Source of the DNA: a virus
DNA: 64,000 nt
Virus record (IMG/VR): IMGVR_UViG_3300048793_000029
Location: 8,250-72,249 of that record
Reading direction: 5' to 3' (one strand)
Shown: in pieces, positions 63,130-64,000 of the stretch
Position numbering within the stretch: the stretch's first letter is position 1
How the letters are laid out: the number at the start of each line of letters is the position of its first letter
Translations under genes and position numbers: made by a program
Notes under the pieces: generated by a model
Seen by the model: the letters and a program-made list of their open reading frames with translations, nothing else
Databases searched by the model: none
What the model was told of the DNA's origin: nothing

Positions 63130-63621
63130 GTGAAGTTTAAGATCACGGCGGCACTCGCCGCTACTATCATCGCAGTTCTTCTGGCCAGCCCGGCAGAAGC
63201 AAAACATCACCACAGTCAGGCAACAATAACTTGCAATCAATATGGCTGTAACGATCGGGCTACCTACCGCGCACCTACCAGGATTGCGAGAGAAACCGTT
63301 AGGCACATCGAGCGTGCCGTTGAATCTATCGTCGGCGGTAGGCCGCGCGGTTGTCCGCACGCCTTCTGCGGCTGTGGCACCTCGCTACATATCTTCGGAC
63401 GTATAATCCCGGAGCTGAACCTGGCTGCCAACTGGCGGCGCTTCCCCCCGGCAGCACCAGCTCGCGGCATGGCCGCATGGCGCCGGGGACACGTGTTCGC
63501 CATTGAGGAAGTGCTGGGCGACGGCGAGGTGTTGGCCTACGACCCCAACAGCGGGCACGGCCGAACAAGGATACACGTAGTCAGCTTACGCGGCTTCCAC
63601 GTTGTTAACCCTCATGGATAG
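63130..63621 (+). CDS. exported CHAP/NlpC-like protein
   Basis: Signal peptide ...ASPAEA|; FCGCG...A.NW...GHVF...D.NS Cys/His arrangement. Confidence 0.62.
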   Translation: MKFKITAALAATIIAVLLASPAEAKHHHSQATITCNQYGCNDRATYRAPTRIARETVRHIERAVESIVGGRPRGCPHAFCGCGTSLHIFGRIIPELNLAANWRRFPPAAPARGMAAWRRGHVFAIEEVLGDGEVLAYDPNSGHGRTRIHVVSLRGFHVVNPHG

Positions 63622-63694
63622 AAATTAGGGCACCGTTGCCCTTCCACCTGCACGCCGGGCTTTACTCACCCGGCGGGCACCTCCCTGACGACTT

Positions 63695-63726
63695 GGCCCC
63701 GGCTTGAAAGAGCTGGGGCTTTTTTA
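63695..63726 (+). terminator. intrinsic terminator ending the late operon
   Basis: GGCCCCGGCTT-GAAA-GAGCTGGGGCT followed by a T run; a convergent gene follows. Confidence 0.85.
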
Positions 63727-63773
63727 TTAGGGTTGTAGTGTCTTGAGACTCGCTATCTGCTCAATAGGGTGTA

Positions 63774-63962
63774 TCAAACAAACTTTGGCGCGGCTTCGAT
63801 CATGGCGCGGTAGATGTCTTTTGGATAGGCCCCCTCAAGACCGGCATCAAGCATATCCTTGGTCGGCTCTCTCGGAACGATGACGAAGCCAGCTGCCTCA
63901 AAGATGCGCTGTGCGTCTCTTAGTGCCTCTACCCCGGCAATCCGGTCTAAACTCGTAAGCAT
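63774..63962 (-). CDS. small conserved-type phage protein
   Basis: VPREPT..M..AG......YRAMI.AAP motif; GAGGG RBS. Confidence 0.65.
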   Translation of the reverse strand: MLTSLDRIAGVEALRDAQRIFEAAGFVIVPREPTKDMLDAGLEGAYPKDIYRAMIEAAPKFV

Positions 63963-64000
63963 TGGGTCAGCATCCCTCGTGTGATGATATGGCGCGTTAC

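Noticed and set aside
1-64000. Integrated prophage, diversity-generating retroelement or retron
   Set aside because: No integrase, att-flanked host genes or reverse transcriptase seen in this window.

Overview
The window is almost entirely one tailed-phage genome, a myovirus with a PB1/Bcep781-like morphogenesis module (DUF1073 portal, DUF2213 protease, DUF2184 capsid, DUF3383 sheath, DUF2612 wedge). The host is probably an alphaproteobacterium, judged from the GcrA homologue. Layout: 1-16 kb minus-strand replication and nucleotide-metabolism arm; 16-22 kb primase-helicase, putative origin, candidate structured RNA and small early genes; 22-56 kb packaging, head, tail and baseplate; 56-63.7 kb lysis and envelope genes; then a convergent minus-strand gene. 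No integrase, tRNA or CRISPR array was seen. Best candidate for an undescribed system: nine genes inserted in the head and baseplate operons encode proteins with Sec-type signal peptides. Several have fibre/tailspike-type domains (one has an S74 chaperone) and eight have even mature-chain Cys counts, which suggests exported, disulfide-bonded appendages made in the periplasm. Second candidate: a pyrimidine-modification cluster with two tandem thymidylate-synthase-fold proteins, both with the dCMP-type Asp, plus a kinase, an NTP pyrophosphatase, a deaminase and a UDG-fused PolA. All family assignments come from motif recognition by eye, not from database searches.
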